Below, one piece after another: positions 29,275 to 38,731 of a stretch of DNA of 64,000 nucleotides. The DNA comes from an archaeon (lineage in GTDB: Archaea; Nanobdellota; Nanobdellia; SCGC-AAA011-G17; PNOQ01). The stretch spans positions 111,756 through 175,755 of the forward strand of contig JABHIB010000008.1 in assembly GCA_018671245.1 (NCBI GenBank), written 5' to 3'. The notes beneath the pieces were generated by a model. That model was not told where the DNA came from. It searched no databases and saw only the letters and a program-made list of their open reading frames with translations. Position 1 is the stretch's first letter; each line of letters starts with the position of its first letter. The position numbers and the translations under genes were made by a program.

Positions 29275-29553
29275 TTGGAGGAATCCACAATGGCTAATGA
29301 AGATAAAAAATATTCAAAACAAATTTTAGGTAAGGTAATTGTCAGTAAAGCTGGAAAGAGGTTTGGAGAAGTAGGAAATATAGTTTTTGAAACTAGAACT
29401 GGAGAATTAATCCAATTAGTATTGAAAAACCCTACAGGATTTACTGAAGGAATGGATTTAGATCGAGATAAAGATAATAATCTTTTAGTACCTTACAGTG
29501 CAGTAATAGCAATAGGTGATTTTGTTGTTGTTGCAGAAGAGGACATAATATAA
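29275..29553 (+). CDS. PRC-barrel domain protein
   Basis: 92 aa (ILGKVIVSKAGKRFGEVGNIVFETRTGELIQLVLKN...VVVAEEDI), same fold pattern as 5358-5636. Confidence 0.5.
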   Translation: MEESTMANEDKKYSKQILGKVIVSKAGKRFGEVGNIVFETRTGELIQLVLKNPTGFTEGMDLDRDKDNNLLVPYSAVIAIGDFVVVAEEDII

Positions 29554-29588
29554 ATATAATTTCTTATTTTTTCTTTTTCTAATTAAAT

Positions 29589-31439
29589 ATGGCTATAAAT
29601 TATAAAACTACCAAGGATATAAAAGTTCCAAAAAAGCTCATCAATCAAGTAATTGGGCAAGAAAATGCTATAAAAATAATAAAAAGAGTAGCAAAACAAA
29701 GAAGGCATCTTCTATTAATAGGTGAACCTGGAACTGGAAAAAGTATGATAGGTCAAGCTTTAGCAAATTTATTACCTAATGAAAATTTACAAGATGTTAT
29801 AACTATACATAATTCTGAAGAAGAAAATTTACCTCTTATCAAATCTTTTCCTAAGGGTATGGGGAAAGATTTCGTTTTCAAATCAAGATTGAATTCAAAA
29901 GGAAAATTCAAAGGACAGACCATTTTTCTTTTTTTTATGATTATTTTTGCCAGCCTAATGCCTTGGTGGATAAGAAGGCAATATGGTGATATAATTGCAG
30001 CAGCATCTCTAATAAGTAGTATGATGTTCATAATGATTTTAATTTTACTAGTTAATTTAGGTAAAAGGACAAAGATTAGGGAAAATCCCTTACCAAAATT
30101 AATAATGGGATATCATTCTTCAAAAAAAGCACCGTTCATAGATGCAACTGGTGCACATTCTGGTGCACTATTGGGTGATGTATTGCATGACCCCTTTCAA
30201 AGCGGCGGACTTGGAACTCCTCCTCATGAAAGAGTAATTCCAGGTATGATTCATAGGGCAAATAAAGGTGTATTATTCATAGATGAAGTATCGACACTTA
30301 AACCAGAAACTCAACAAGAATTATTAACTTCATTACAAGAAAAAAAATACTCCATTACTGGACAATCTGAAAAATCTGCAGGTGCAATGGTAAGGACAGA
30401 ACCTGTTCCTTGTGATTTTATATTAGTTGCTGCAGGAAATACTGAAACTGTGAAAAATATGCACCCTGCACTAAGATCTAGGATAAGAGGTTATGGATAT
30501 GAAATCTATATGAATAATAATATGGAAGATAATGAAGAAAATAGGGACAAACTTGTTTATTTTGTAGCACAAGAAGTAATTAATGATAAGAAAATACCTC
30601 ATTTTACAAAAGAGTCAGTCGAGATGATAATAAATGAAGCTAGAAAAAAATCGGGAAAGGCAAATCGATTAACCTTACACTTAAGGGAATTGGGTGGACT
30701 AATAAGGGCTGCAGGAGATGTAGCAAAAGAAAAGAACTCAGAATATGTTGAACCTATCCATATCGATCTGGCAAAAGAATACTCTAGAACTTTAGAGCAA
30801 CAGATGGCAGATAAATATATCAAAACTAAAAAAGAATATGATGTCATAATAACTGAAGGTACAAAAATTGGAAGAGTCAATGGTATGGCAGTTATAGGAT
30901 CAAATAATGCATTTTCTGGTATTATTTTACCTATAGAGTCTGAAGTAACTCCTGGTGGAAAAAAAACAGAATTTATAGCAACAGGAAATTTAGGAGATAT
31001 AGCAAAAGAGGCAATAAAAAATGTATCTGCAACTATTATGAAATATTTTGGAGAAGATATAAAAGAAAAACACGACATATATGTGCAATTTCTTCAGACC
31101 CATGAAGGTGTAGAGGGAGATTCTGCATCTATAGCTGTAGCAACAGCAATTATTTCAGCACTTAAAAAAATACCAATAAAACAAAACACTGCAATGACTG
31201 GATCTCTTTCTGTAAGGGGTGATGTTTTGGCAGTAGGTGGAGTAAATTCTAAAGTGGAGGCTGCAATTGATGCAGGTATAAAAAACATAATAGTACCTAA
31301 AGCAAATGAGAAAGATATATTAATACCAAAAAACAAAATGAAAGGTATAACTATAATTCCTGTTAAAGATATAAATGATGTATTAAAAGAGGCTTTAGAT
31401 TGGAAAGGAAAAACAAACATATTGAAGAAGTTAAAATAA
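29589..31439 (+). CDS. lonB: archaeal membrane-bound Lon protease (LonB)
   Basis: AAA+ Walker [10 protein letters not shown] two-helix TM insertion ([16 protein letters not shown]...[12 protein letters not shown]) interrupts the ATPase domain. C-terminal Lon protease domain with catalytic Ser block [16 protein letters not shown] and a Lys-containing partner region. Confidence 0.85.
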   Translation: MAINYKTTKDIKVPKKLINQVIGQENAIKIIKRVAKQRRHLLLIGEPGTGKSMIGQALANLLPNENLQDVITIHNSEEENLPLIKSFPKGMGKDFVFKSRLNSKGKFKGQTIFLFFMIIFASLMPWWIRRQYGDIIAAASLISSMMFIMILILLVNLGKRTKIRENPLPKLIMGYHSSKKAPFIDATGAHSGALLGDVLHDPFQSGGLGTPPHERVIPGMIHRANKGVLFIDEVSTLKPETQQELLTSLQEKKYSITGQSEKSAGAMVRTEPVPCDFILVAAGNTETVKNMHPALRSRIRGYGYEIYMNNNMEDNEENRDKLVYFVAQEVINDKKIPHFTKESVEMIINEARKKSGKANRLTLHLRELGGLIRAAGDVAKEKNSEYVEPIHIDLAKEYSRTLEQQMADKYIKTKKEYDVIITEGTKIGRVNGMAVIGSNNAFSGIILPIESEVTPGGKKTEFIATGNLGDIAKEAIKNVSATIMKYFGEDIKEKHDIYVQFLQTHEGVEGDSASIAVATAIISALKKIPIKQNTAMTGSLSVRGDVLAVGGVNSKVEAAIDAGIKNIIVPKANEKDILIPKNKMKGITIIPVKDINDVLKEALDWKGKTNILKKLK

Positions 31440-31589
31440 GAAAAGCAAAAGTAACAGATATTTCTAAAATGAACGAGATTTATGTTGAATGTATATTCGA
31501 TGAATTAAAGTTACAATTTCCAAAAACAACAAATTTAAGCTTAATAAGAAAATTAAATAAATATAAAAAAATAGGCAAAAAACACTAAA

Positions 31590-33281
31590 ATGAACTTCGA
31601 AAAAGAAATTAAAAAATTATTACTAAAGGAATTCAATCTGAAAGATGTTCAACTAAGTGTTCCTCCAAACCAAGATATGGGAGATTATTCATTTCCATGT
31701 TTTTCACTCTCAAAGAAATTAAAAAAATCTCCAAATGAAATAGCTATAGAGTTTCAAAATAAATTAAAGACTACCAAAAATATAAAACAAATTAAAGCTA
31801 TAGGACCTTATCTAAATTTTTATGTAAATAATTCATTACTGGCAGAAGAAGTATTAATCGAAATACACAAACAAAAGAAAAAATATGGCAGTTCTCATTC
31901 TGGAAAAGGAAAAAAGGCACTAATTGAACATACTAGTATAAATCCCAATGCTTCACCCCATGTAGGAAGGGCAAGAAATGCAATAATTGGAGATAGTATA
32001 ACTAGGATCTTAAAATTTGAGGATTACAAAACAAAATCTCATTATTATGTAAATGATATCGGGAAACAAATTTCTATGTTATCTATTGCTTCAGAAGGGA
32101 AAAAAATAACTTTTGAAAATTTATTGGATATGTATGTGGATTTTAACAAAAAATTAAAAGATAATCCTGATCTAGAAAAAGAAATACTTGCAAATTTAAA
32201 AAAATTGGAAGATGGTGATAAAAAAATAAAGAAAGGGTTTAAACAAATTGTAGATGTATGTATAAGGGGACAATCAAGACTCTTTTCAGAATTAGGAATA
32301 ACTTATGATGCATTTGATTATGAATCTCAATATCTATGGAATAATAAAACAAAAGATATACTAAACAAATTAAAGAAAACAAAAAAGTTATTCGTAGATG
32401 AACATGGCAGACAAGTTTTAGATCTAAAAGGATACAATCTACCTATGAAAGTGCCAGTATACGTTTTAACCAGAGGGGATGGAACTTCTCTATATTCATT
32501 AAGGGATTTAGCATATACTATAGATAAATTAAAGAAAACCAGAAAAAATAATTTTGTGGTTTTGGGCGAAGATCATAAGTTATATTTCAATCAAATGAAA
32601 ACAACTCTTTCATTATTGAATTTACCTTCTCCAAAAATGATACCTTATTCATTTGTATTACTAAAAGGAGAAGACACGATAGGAAAGATGGCAACCAGAA
32701 AAGGTACAGTAGTTTTATTATCTGATTTAATGAGGGAAGCCAAAGAAAAGGCAATTAAGGCAATAAAAGAAAAAAGAGGAGATAATTACTCAAAGAAAAA
32801 AATAGAACAGTTATCGAAAGATATAGCCTATGGTGCGATAAAATTTTCAATGCTCAAGGTATCAAATGAAAAAAATGTTATATTCGATTGGAATTCTGCA
32901 TTAAATTTTGAAGGGGAATCTGCACCTTATCTGCAATACACTCATGCAAGAGCGAGTAGTATATTAAGAAAGGCAAATAAAAGAATTAATACAAAAAATA
33001 TCTCATTCGAATTTAAAACAGAAGAAGAGAATAAATTAATAAAATCTCTAAAACAGTTTAAAGAGATAGTAAAGAAATCAATAGATGAACAAAAACCAAA
33101 TTATATTGCAAATTATTTAGTTTCACTGTCTCAAGAGTTCAATGAATTCTATCATAAACATCAAGTTATTGTGGAAGATGCAAAAATAATGGAACAAAGA
33201 ATAATTTTAGTTGATTCAGTTAGACAAGTTTTAGAAAATGGACTAAATCTTTTAGGAATAAACGCCCCTTGCGAGATGTAG
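31590..33281 (+). CDS. argS: arginyl-tRNA synthetase
   Basis: Class I signature NPNASPHVGRARNAIIGD (HIGH-type) and a C-terminal DALR-like anticodon-binding domain. 563 aa. Confidence 0.85.
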   Translation: MNFEKEIKKLLLKEFNLKDVQLSVPPNQDMGDYSFPCFSLSKKLKKSPNEIAIEFQNKLKTTKNIKQIKAIGPYLNFYVNNSLLAEEVLIEIHKQKKKYGSSHSGKGKKALIEHTSINPNASPHVGRARNAIIGDSITRILKFEDYKTKSHYYVNDIGKQISMLSIASEGKKITFENLLDMYVDFNKKLKDNPDLEKEILANLKKLEDGDKKIKKGFKQIVDVCIRGQSRLFSELGITYDAFDYESQYLWNNKTKDILNKLKKTKKLFVDEHGRQVLDLKGYNLPMKVPVYVLTRGDGTSLYSLRDLAYTIDKLKKTRKNNFVVLGEDHKLYFNQMKTTLSLLNLPSPKMIPYSFVLLKGEDTIGKMATRKGTVVLLSDLMREAKEKAIKAIKEKRGDNYSKKKIEQLSKDIAYGAIKFSMLKVSNEKNVIFDWNSALNFEGESAPYLQYTHARASSILRKANKRINTKNISFEFKTEEENKLIKSLKQFKEIVKKSIDEQKPNYIANYLVSLSQEFNEFYHKHQVIVEDAKIMEQRIILVDSVRQVLENGLNLLGINAPCEM

Positions 33282-33327
33282 AAAGTTTTATAAACAATTC
33301 ATAAAGTCTATTTATAGGTGAACAAAT

Positions 33328-33741
33328 ATGCCAATTATAGGATTTAATTTCGATAGAATAATAGTAGAAAGATTAGACAAGATAAAAAAAGGAATGAAGA
33401 TAAAAAGTGACCTATCTATAAAAAGTCTAGAAAAAGAAGAACTAGACGTAGGTACTGCTGGAAATGTTATTAAAGTGAATTTTGATTTTTCAGTATCTTA
33501 CGATCCAAATATGGGTAACATCTCATTACAAGGCCATGTATTATTTATGGAAGATCAAGCTAAAATAGATATGATCTTAAATGAATGGGAAAAATCCAAA
33601 GGATTGGAAAAAGAAATAGCTCCAATCTTGTTAAATACTATTTTAGCTAGATGTAATATCAAAGCATTAGCAATGACGCAAGAAGTAAATCTTCCGCCTC
33701 ATATAAGGTTGCCAATGGTAAAACCTGGAACTAAAAAATAG
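33328..33741 (+). CDS. hypothetical protein
   Basis: 137-aa ORF with no motif recognised. Confidence 0.3.
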   Translation: MPIIGFNFDRIIVERLDKIKKGMKIKSDLSIKSLEKEELDVGTAGNVIKVNFDFSVSYDPNMGNISLQGHVLFMEDQAKIDMILNEWEKSKGLEKEIAPILLNTILARCNIKALAMTQEVNLPPHIRLPMVKPGTKK

Positions 33742-34041
33742 TTAAAAAAAATCTTTTAAATTTTTTCTTTCTTTTTCTCTTTTTGTCGCTTCTTCCCAAT
33801 CACATCTCTCGCTTCTCATAATCTCGACAATCTTAATTTCTTTATTCATATTACTATCTTTGATTAATTCATTTATATATATTTTTTAGTTCCATTATAT
33901 TGTTTGGCACATATAGTTTATATCCCGATACTACACAAAAGTTAACAATTGAATTCGTCTAAATATCTAGGATAAAAAATTATTATACTTGTGACAAAAA
34001 ACAAAAATATTTAAATAACAAATCTAAAATATAATGAGGAG

Positions 34042-34230
34042 GTGGGAGATTTGCCAAAAAAGAAAGTTAACCAAGGTTATGCAAAATTTTTAATATTTCT
34101 CGGAGGAGTGATATCTATACTATTTGCTTATTTATTATGGTATGAGATAATAACTCTTGCACAAGTATTTGCAATATTGTTTTTCATTGCAGGTATCGGA
34201 AAAGTATTATTTAGTTTAATCAGTAAATAG
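34042..34230 (+). CDS. small two-TM membrane protein (true start may be TTG at 34051 behind GGAGGTGGG Shine-Dalgarno)
   Basis: AGGAGG at 34036-34041. The hydrophobic 60-aa product ends 5 bp before the left 26-bp direct repeat. Confidence 0.3.
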   Translation: MGDLPKKKVNQGYAKFLIFLGGVISILFAYLLWYEIITLAQVFAILFFIAGIGKVLFSLISK

Positions 34231-34234
34231 AAAA

Positions 34235-34260
34235 ACGTTTAACCGAACAAGTCGTATACA
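34235..34260 (+). repeat. left copy of imperfect 26-bp direct repeat CGTTTAACCGAACAAGTCGTATACAC (candidate att site)
   Basis: Matches 38732-38760 (CGTTTAACCGAAAAAGTCATAGATATACA): 12/12, then 1 mismatch, 5/5, 1 mismatch, TA, 2-nt indel, TACA. Both copies are intergenic. Confidence 0.4.
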
Positions 34261-34278
34261 CGCAGGATAATAAAGAAT

Positions 34279-34557
34279 ATGCCTATAATTAGTGATAAAA
34301 ACAAACAGAAGATAAAGGAACAGATCTTATTAGTCCTGTATGAAAACAATTTAAGACCCTTATTTACCTCATCCATAGCAAGTGAATTAGCAAGGGATGA
34401 GGAGTTTATTTTATATCTATTAAATGATCTAAATTCTGGAGGATTTGTTAAGAAAATAACCAAAAACTCCGACGGTAAAATCTATTTAGCGAGAAAGAGG
34501 TGGCTCCTTCATCCGAAAGTATATAAGGAATATAATAGGCTGTCAGAGATCAATTAA
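34279..34557 (+). CDS. small winged-helix DNA-binding protein
   Basis: 92 aa. Helix-turn-helix pattern ...EQILLVLYENNLRPLFTSSIASELARDEEFILYLLNDLNSGGFVKK. Confidence 0.35.
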   Translation: MPIISDKNKQKIKEQILLVLYENNLRPLFTSSIASELARDEEFILYLLNDLNSGGFVKKITKNSDGKIYLARKRWLLHPKVYKEYNRLSEIN

Positions 34558-34576
34558 TCTAGTTTATTCATTCGTT

Positions 34577-34646
34577 ATTCACTCATTAAGCACTTACTAA
34601 TCACTCATTAACCCTCATTATTCACTCATTAAGCACTTACTAATCA
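34577..34646 (+). repeat. two copies of 26-bp direct repeat TTCACTCATTAAGCACTTACTAATCA separated by 18 bp, within a CACTCATT-motif-rich tract (34565-34775)
   Basis: Exact copies at 34577-34602 and 34621-34646. Additional CTCATT(A/C) half-sites extend to 34770. Lies upstream of the wHTH paralog gene at 34816. Confidence 0.6.
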
Positions 34647-34815
34647 ATATATATCATATTATCTGTATTATATCTACATATTATGCCATAAAATCCTATA
34701 TTTTCCTGTAAAAACTCACTATTTACTAGTATTTTTTACTAATCCCTCATTCACTAAACACTCACTATACAAAATAAGCATACAGTTTTATAAATATTAG
34801 TCTATTTCTCAAATT

Positions 34816-35427
34816 ATGTCTGAAAAAAACATAAAAAAGTCATTTTCAAAGGTCAAGGCAGATGTATCCTTGCTTTCTACTAAGATTTTGTCTATGGAAT
34901 CCAAATTAGATCGAATTCTTACTATAATTAATGAAAAAGAGTCAAAAAATGAAGAAATTAAGGCTTTTAAGGTGCCTTTTACCCGAATTTGTGCTAATTC
35001 CACTGGAAATAAGGGGGTTCAATCAATCAATCAATCACTAAACAATCATTCAACAGTCAATCATTCATTAAGCGATCAATCACTAAATATTCAATCTTTA
35101 AGAAAAGATATAGAATCTAGATTTGTAACTTTAACAAATAAGGAGTTTTTAGTATTTTTAACAGTATATCAGCTAGAGGAAGACCTTGAAAGAGGAATAA
35201 CTTACTATGATCTGTCTTCTAAGATTGGTCTCACTGCAGGATGTATAAGGGGGTATGTGAGTGCAATACTGCGCAAAGGATTACCTTTAATTAAGAGAAA
35301 AATTAACAATAGAACCATAACCTTACACATAGAATCTGAGTTTAGGAAGTTAGATGCAAAAGAAACTCTCACTACACTCTTTTATCACAATGATCCTAAC
35401 CAAAAGAGGCTTATTTCTCGAGATTAA
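34816..35427 (+). CDS. coiled-coil / repeat / C-terminal winged-HTH protein (paralog A)
   Basis: N-terminal coiled coil. A middle block (VQSINQSLNNHSTVNHSLSDQSLNIQSL) is encoded by CAATCA-type microsatellite DNA at 35020-35100. The C-terminal HTH LTNKEFLVFLTVYQLEEDLERGITYYDLSSKIGLTAGCIRGYVSAILRKGLPLI aligns with the C-terminus of 35488-36042. Confidence 0.45.
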   Translation: MSEKNIKKSFSKVKADVSLLSTKILSMESKLDRILTIINEKESKNEEIKAFKVPFTRICANSTGNKGVQSINQSLNNHSTVNHSLSDQSLNIQSLRKDIESRFVTLTNKEFLVFLTVYQLEEDLERGITYYDLSSKIGLTAGCIRGYVSAILRKGLPLIKRKINNRTITLHIESEFRKLDAKETLTTLFYHNDPNQKRLISRD

Positions 35428-35487
35428 TCGCTCACTTTCGCGATAAAACTCACCAATCTAGTTAATATAACTAATATTTTACAATAA

Positions 35488-36042
35488 TTAACTCTCACTA
35501 GTCTTCAAAATACTATTTCTCACACTATCTTCCACAAAAAATACCTTTCTTCTACTCTTCACACTAACTCTCTCTTTGATCTCAAATCCTGCCCTTTTTA
35601 TGTCATTTATGTGTCTTCTAACTGTAACTATATTTATCTTCAATTTGTTAGAAATATTGTTATAACTTAGGGGTTCTTCTGAATAAACTAATAATCCTAC
35701 CACTTGTTTTTGTGCAGGTGTTAGTTCATCTATCTTTTGAACGTTCATGATTGGTTGAACTGAACGATTGAACGATTGAACGCGTTCAATTTTTGAATGA
35801 TTCTCTTCGATAGGTATATGATTCTGTTCAATCAATTTACTTTCAAGTATCTTCAATCTATGGTCAAGTTCATTCAATCTTTTGTTGTGGTTGTCTTTAT
35901 GGTCATCAAGATGTTCAATCCATTTCCCGACTTTTTCCATATCTGTTTTAACTCTCGAAAAAGAACTATCTAAAACTGTATGAATCTCAGAAAACCTTTC
36001 TTCAACTACCTCTTTTTTTTTAAAAAAATTAATCAAACTCAT
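35488..36042 (-). CDS. coiled-coil / repeat / C-terminal winged-HTH protein (paralog B, convergent)
   Basis: Same three-part architecture. The repeat peptide VQSFNRSVQPIMNVQ is encoded by GAACGATTGAAC repeats at 35750-35800. The C-terminal HTH reads LTPAQKQVVGLLVYSEEPLSYNNISNKLKINIVTVRRHINDIKRAGFEI. Confidence 0.45.
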   Translation of the reverse strand: MSLINFFKKKEVVEERFSEIHTVLDSSFSRVKTDMEKVGKWIEHLDDHKDNHNKRLNELDHRLKILESKLIEQNHIPIEENHSKIERVQSFNRSVQPIMNVQKIDELTPAQKQVVGLLVYSEEPLSYNNISNKLKINIVTVRRHINDIKRAGFEIKERVSVKSRRKVFFVEDSVRNSILKTSES

Positions 36043-36240
36043 AATAAATTAATGGAAGTATTCCTTCTTAAATCTTTTGTTTATATTTCTGGTTTCAAAT
36101 GTTCAAAATTTGAATGTTAATAATTTGATCAATAATAAAATTGAAGATAGAAACTGGCAAAATCTTTAAAAAATATTATATAGCAAATTTTATATACTAA
36201 CAAATTCAAATTTAAACCTATAAAATTAAGGGGTGGTAAA

Positions 36241-36471
36241 ATGCCAACAAAGAAGAAAAAATTAGTAAAAAAATTAGTAAAAAAATTAGAAAGAGATGAT
36301 GAAATGAAATACAACGTTTTTTGCATAAGGCATCCAGTGAATATGGTATTACACATCATGGGACTGATAATCTTCATTTACTCATTATGGTTCCATAAAC
36401 TTCAATGGGTTCCTGTAGGTATGATTCCTATATTAGTGGGACATATATATCAATATAAAAAATGGCAATAA
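36241..36471 (+). CDS. small membrane protein with lysine-rich N-terminus
   Basis: 76 aa beginning MPTKKKKLVKKLVKKLERDD, followed by two TM helices. Confidence 0.3.
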   Translation: MPTKKKKLVKKLVKKLERDDEMKYNVFCIRHPVNMVLHIMGLIIFIYSLWFHKLQWVPVGMIPILVGHIYQYKKWQ

Positions 36472-37179
36472 AAAAAAGAGTGCTTGAATGGAAATGGGTA
36501 AAGAAAAATTTCTGGAATGTAGTCATGGTGATTATCCTTTGGCAGATAATGGTCTATGCAATATATTCTATTTTGAGATTATTCATTAATCTACCTCCAC
36601 TAGCATAAAATTAAAGATATAATCGAAAACTTATATGTTATTGATAGTTAGTATATTCGTTGTAAAATTTTACAATATAATATATGTTAAAAACATTTAA
36701 GCATTGATTAAAAATATTTCAAACAACCTATTTTTATTTTTTTTATTGATCATTTACTTGAACAGCCACTACTAACTGTTCACAACCTCTATGATTTTCA
36801 GAAATAGAAATTCTTTTCAAATCTTACAATATTATATGATTCAAATCTTACCATAATTTTTTCTAAAAATATTTATAAATAAAATATTTTATCTTTGGAT
36901 AGATATCCCAAACAACTATAGTTATTCAGAGCAGGTTGTCTAAATTCAAAGTAAGAATCATAAGCTATCTTTTATTTCTAAAATAAATCAAAATATATTC
37001 AAAAATATAAATAAAATTCTAATTTTAATAAAAATTTACAAAAAATAAGATTTATACTCAAATTATCCATAAACACCATACTTCTACCAATTCTATGGCG
37101 GAAATAGGCCATAATCACAATGTTTATAAAGAATTATTGCGTTTTTTAGGAATCTTGGAAAGAAAATAAGAGGCAATAA

Positions 37180-37794
37180 ATGATACAAAAAAAACTAAAA
37201 CCAAAAAAAACTTACAACATCTACTATCTTTCCATGGATGAATTAAATAAATTAATTGAGTCAACAAAATCCTTGAGAGATCAAATAGTTCTAAAGATTC
37301 TGGCAAGAACAGGTATGAGGAGATTCGAATTATGCAACTTAAGGGTCATGGATGTAGATTTTACTAAGAGGAGAATATTCATTCCAAAGGCGAAAGGTGG
37401 CAAATTTAGAACAGTTCCTGTAGATCGAGACACATTACAATCAATTAAATTTTACATAGGTTCAAGGCAGAATGGTAAGCTTATACAGAGTAACAAAAAA
37501 GATAATGATGGGATAGACGAAAGTAGGATCAATGCAATAGTAAAAAATACTGCGATAAGGGCCGAAATTCCCCATCCTGACCCTACAAAAAGGAATATGA
37601 ACCCTCATATACTAAGACACAGTTTTATACGTCATATGCTAAAGATTGGAGTTCCACCAAATTATGTACAACAGTTAGCAGGCCATTCAGACATCAGAAC
37701 AACATTACAAATGTATGGTATTCCTAGTTTTACAGATGTTCAAGAAAAGTACGATGAGATCTCAAACACATTTTATGGTGATAAAAATATTTAA
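37180..37794 (+). CDS. tyrosine recombinase / integrase, catalytic domain only (204 aa)
   Basis: Catalytic blocks are ARTGMRRFELCNL (Arg I), HILRHSFIRHML (H-x-x-R) and GHSDIRTTLQMYG (nucleophile Tyr). There is no N-terminal core-binding domain. A 25-codon out-of-frame ORF (MAEIGHNHNVYKELLRFLGILERK, starting at 37095) lies just upstream. Confidence 0.75.
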   Translation: MIQKKLKPKKTYNIYYLSMDELNKLIESTKSLRDQIVLKILARTGMRRFELCNLRVMDVDFTKRRIFIPKAKGGKFRTVPVDRDTLQSIKFYIGSRQNGKLIQSNKKDNDGIDESRINAIVKNTAIRAEIPHPDPTKRNMNPHILRHSFIRHMLKIGVPPNYVQQLAGHSDIRTTLQMYGIPSFTDVQEKYDEISNTFYGDKNI

Positions 37795-37982
37795 GCAAAA
37801 CCTATAATATTTGACCATTAAAACTTATAAGAATTGATTAAAACTTTTATCCAAATAAACAATTAAAATATTTAAGCAAAACCTAAAAATAACAGCGTTT
37901 TCAAATCCTCGTCGGAAAAACAACATTTATATACTAGTAAATCTAAAAATAGTTATTATAAAACTTAAAAAAGGAGGTGCAA

Positions 37983-38120
37983 AATGGGAAAAATTATTGT
38001 AAAAAACGTCATTGAAAGAAAGCCTGGTTTCTTATACTACGTTGATGGAAAAGGGAACGTTTGTGAGGCAAAAATGGCTAGAGGCGGAAAGAAAAAGAAG
38101 AAAAAAGCCAAGAAAAAATA
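37983..38120 (+). CDS. unannotated 45-aa basic protein behind a strong Shine-Dalgarno (AAGGAGGTG)
   Basis: MGKIIVKNVIERKPGFLYYVDGKGNVCEAKMARGGKKKKKKAKKK. The SD ends 4 nt before the ATG. SH3-like beta-rich pattern with a poly-Lys tail. Confidence 0.35.
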
Positions 38121-38141
38121 GGCCATTTTTATTTTTTTATT

Positions 38142-38543
38142 TTATATTTTGAAAAACTTAGTGAGTTCTCTATTTGTTTGTTTTGGGGTAGATTGTAATT
38201 TTCTCCAACCAATTAATTCTAATTTAGACTTATTTCCACAGTTTGGACATTTTGTAGGAGACTCTATACCTGATGTATTAGACATCCATTCCCAATTACA
38301 GGAATGACATAGCATAATATACATAATCTTTTCACCTTTTTTCAGGTTATTTGGTAGATCATAGCCTTTTTGGAACTTTTTTACTATCACAAGGAAAAGA
38401 ATGATGAAAAGTGAGAGTATAATTGAAATAAAAAATAAATCTGATACAATTTTCTTAATTAGGAAGAAAGAGTAGATTAAAATGAGCCCAAAAAAATAGA
38501 TAATAGTTGAACGTAATGAAATCTTTTTAATAAGTGAGTTCAT
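38142..38543 (-). CDS. two-TM membrane protein with C-terminal zinc ribbon
   Basis: N-terminal TM helices. C-terminal CHSCNWEWMS...PTKCPNCGNKSK is homologous in pattern to the 46-aa zinc ribbon at 27898-28038 (CERCGHEWAP...PIICPKCKSP). Confidence 0.4.
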   Translation of the reverse strand: MNSLIKKISLRSTIIYFFGLILIYSFFLIKKIVSDLFFISIILSLFIILFLVIVKKFQKGYDLPNNLKKGEKIMYIMLCHSCNWEWMSNTSGIESPTKCPNCGNKSKLELIGWRKLQSTPKQTNRELTKFFKI

Positions 38544-38731
38544 AGATATAGGGGAAGTAGAAAAAATATATAAAATTACCTATTTAAGTTTGAGAGTTAA
38601 TACTCTCCAATATATACACATTAAACAAGATCTAACAAAACTATCTTCTATCTAATTATGGGATCAAATAAATCGCTACTTTACTCAAAACTGCATATAT
38701 CTACTTGTTTGTTGCCAAATAGTGAGCTAAG

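Noticed and set aside
34577-34646. Possible CRISPR array (26-bp direct repeats)
   Set aside because: Only two repeat copies, an 18-bp spacer, no cas genes nearby, and the repeat dissolves into shorter CTCATT half-sites. It is better explained as operator or iteron repeats.
36487-36588. 33-codon ORF MEMGKEKFLECSHGDYPLADNGLCNIFYFEIIH in the AT-rich spacer
   Set aside because: Short, no RBS, and sits within a low-complexity spacer. Likely noise.
37095-37169. 25-codon ORF upstream of the integrase as a definite N-terminal integrase fragment (frameshifted pseudogene)
   Set aside because: It is suggestive (an aromatic/Leu-rich helix like core-binding domains, plus-1 frame offset) but far too short to align. 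Noted in findings only as a possibility.
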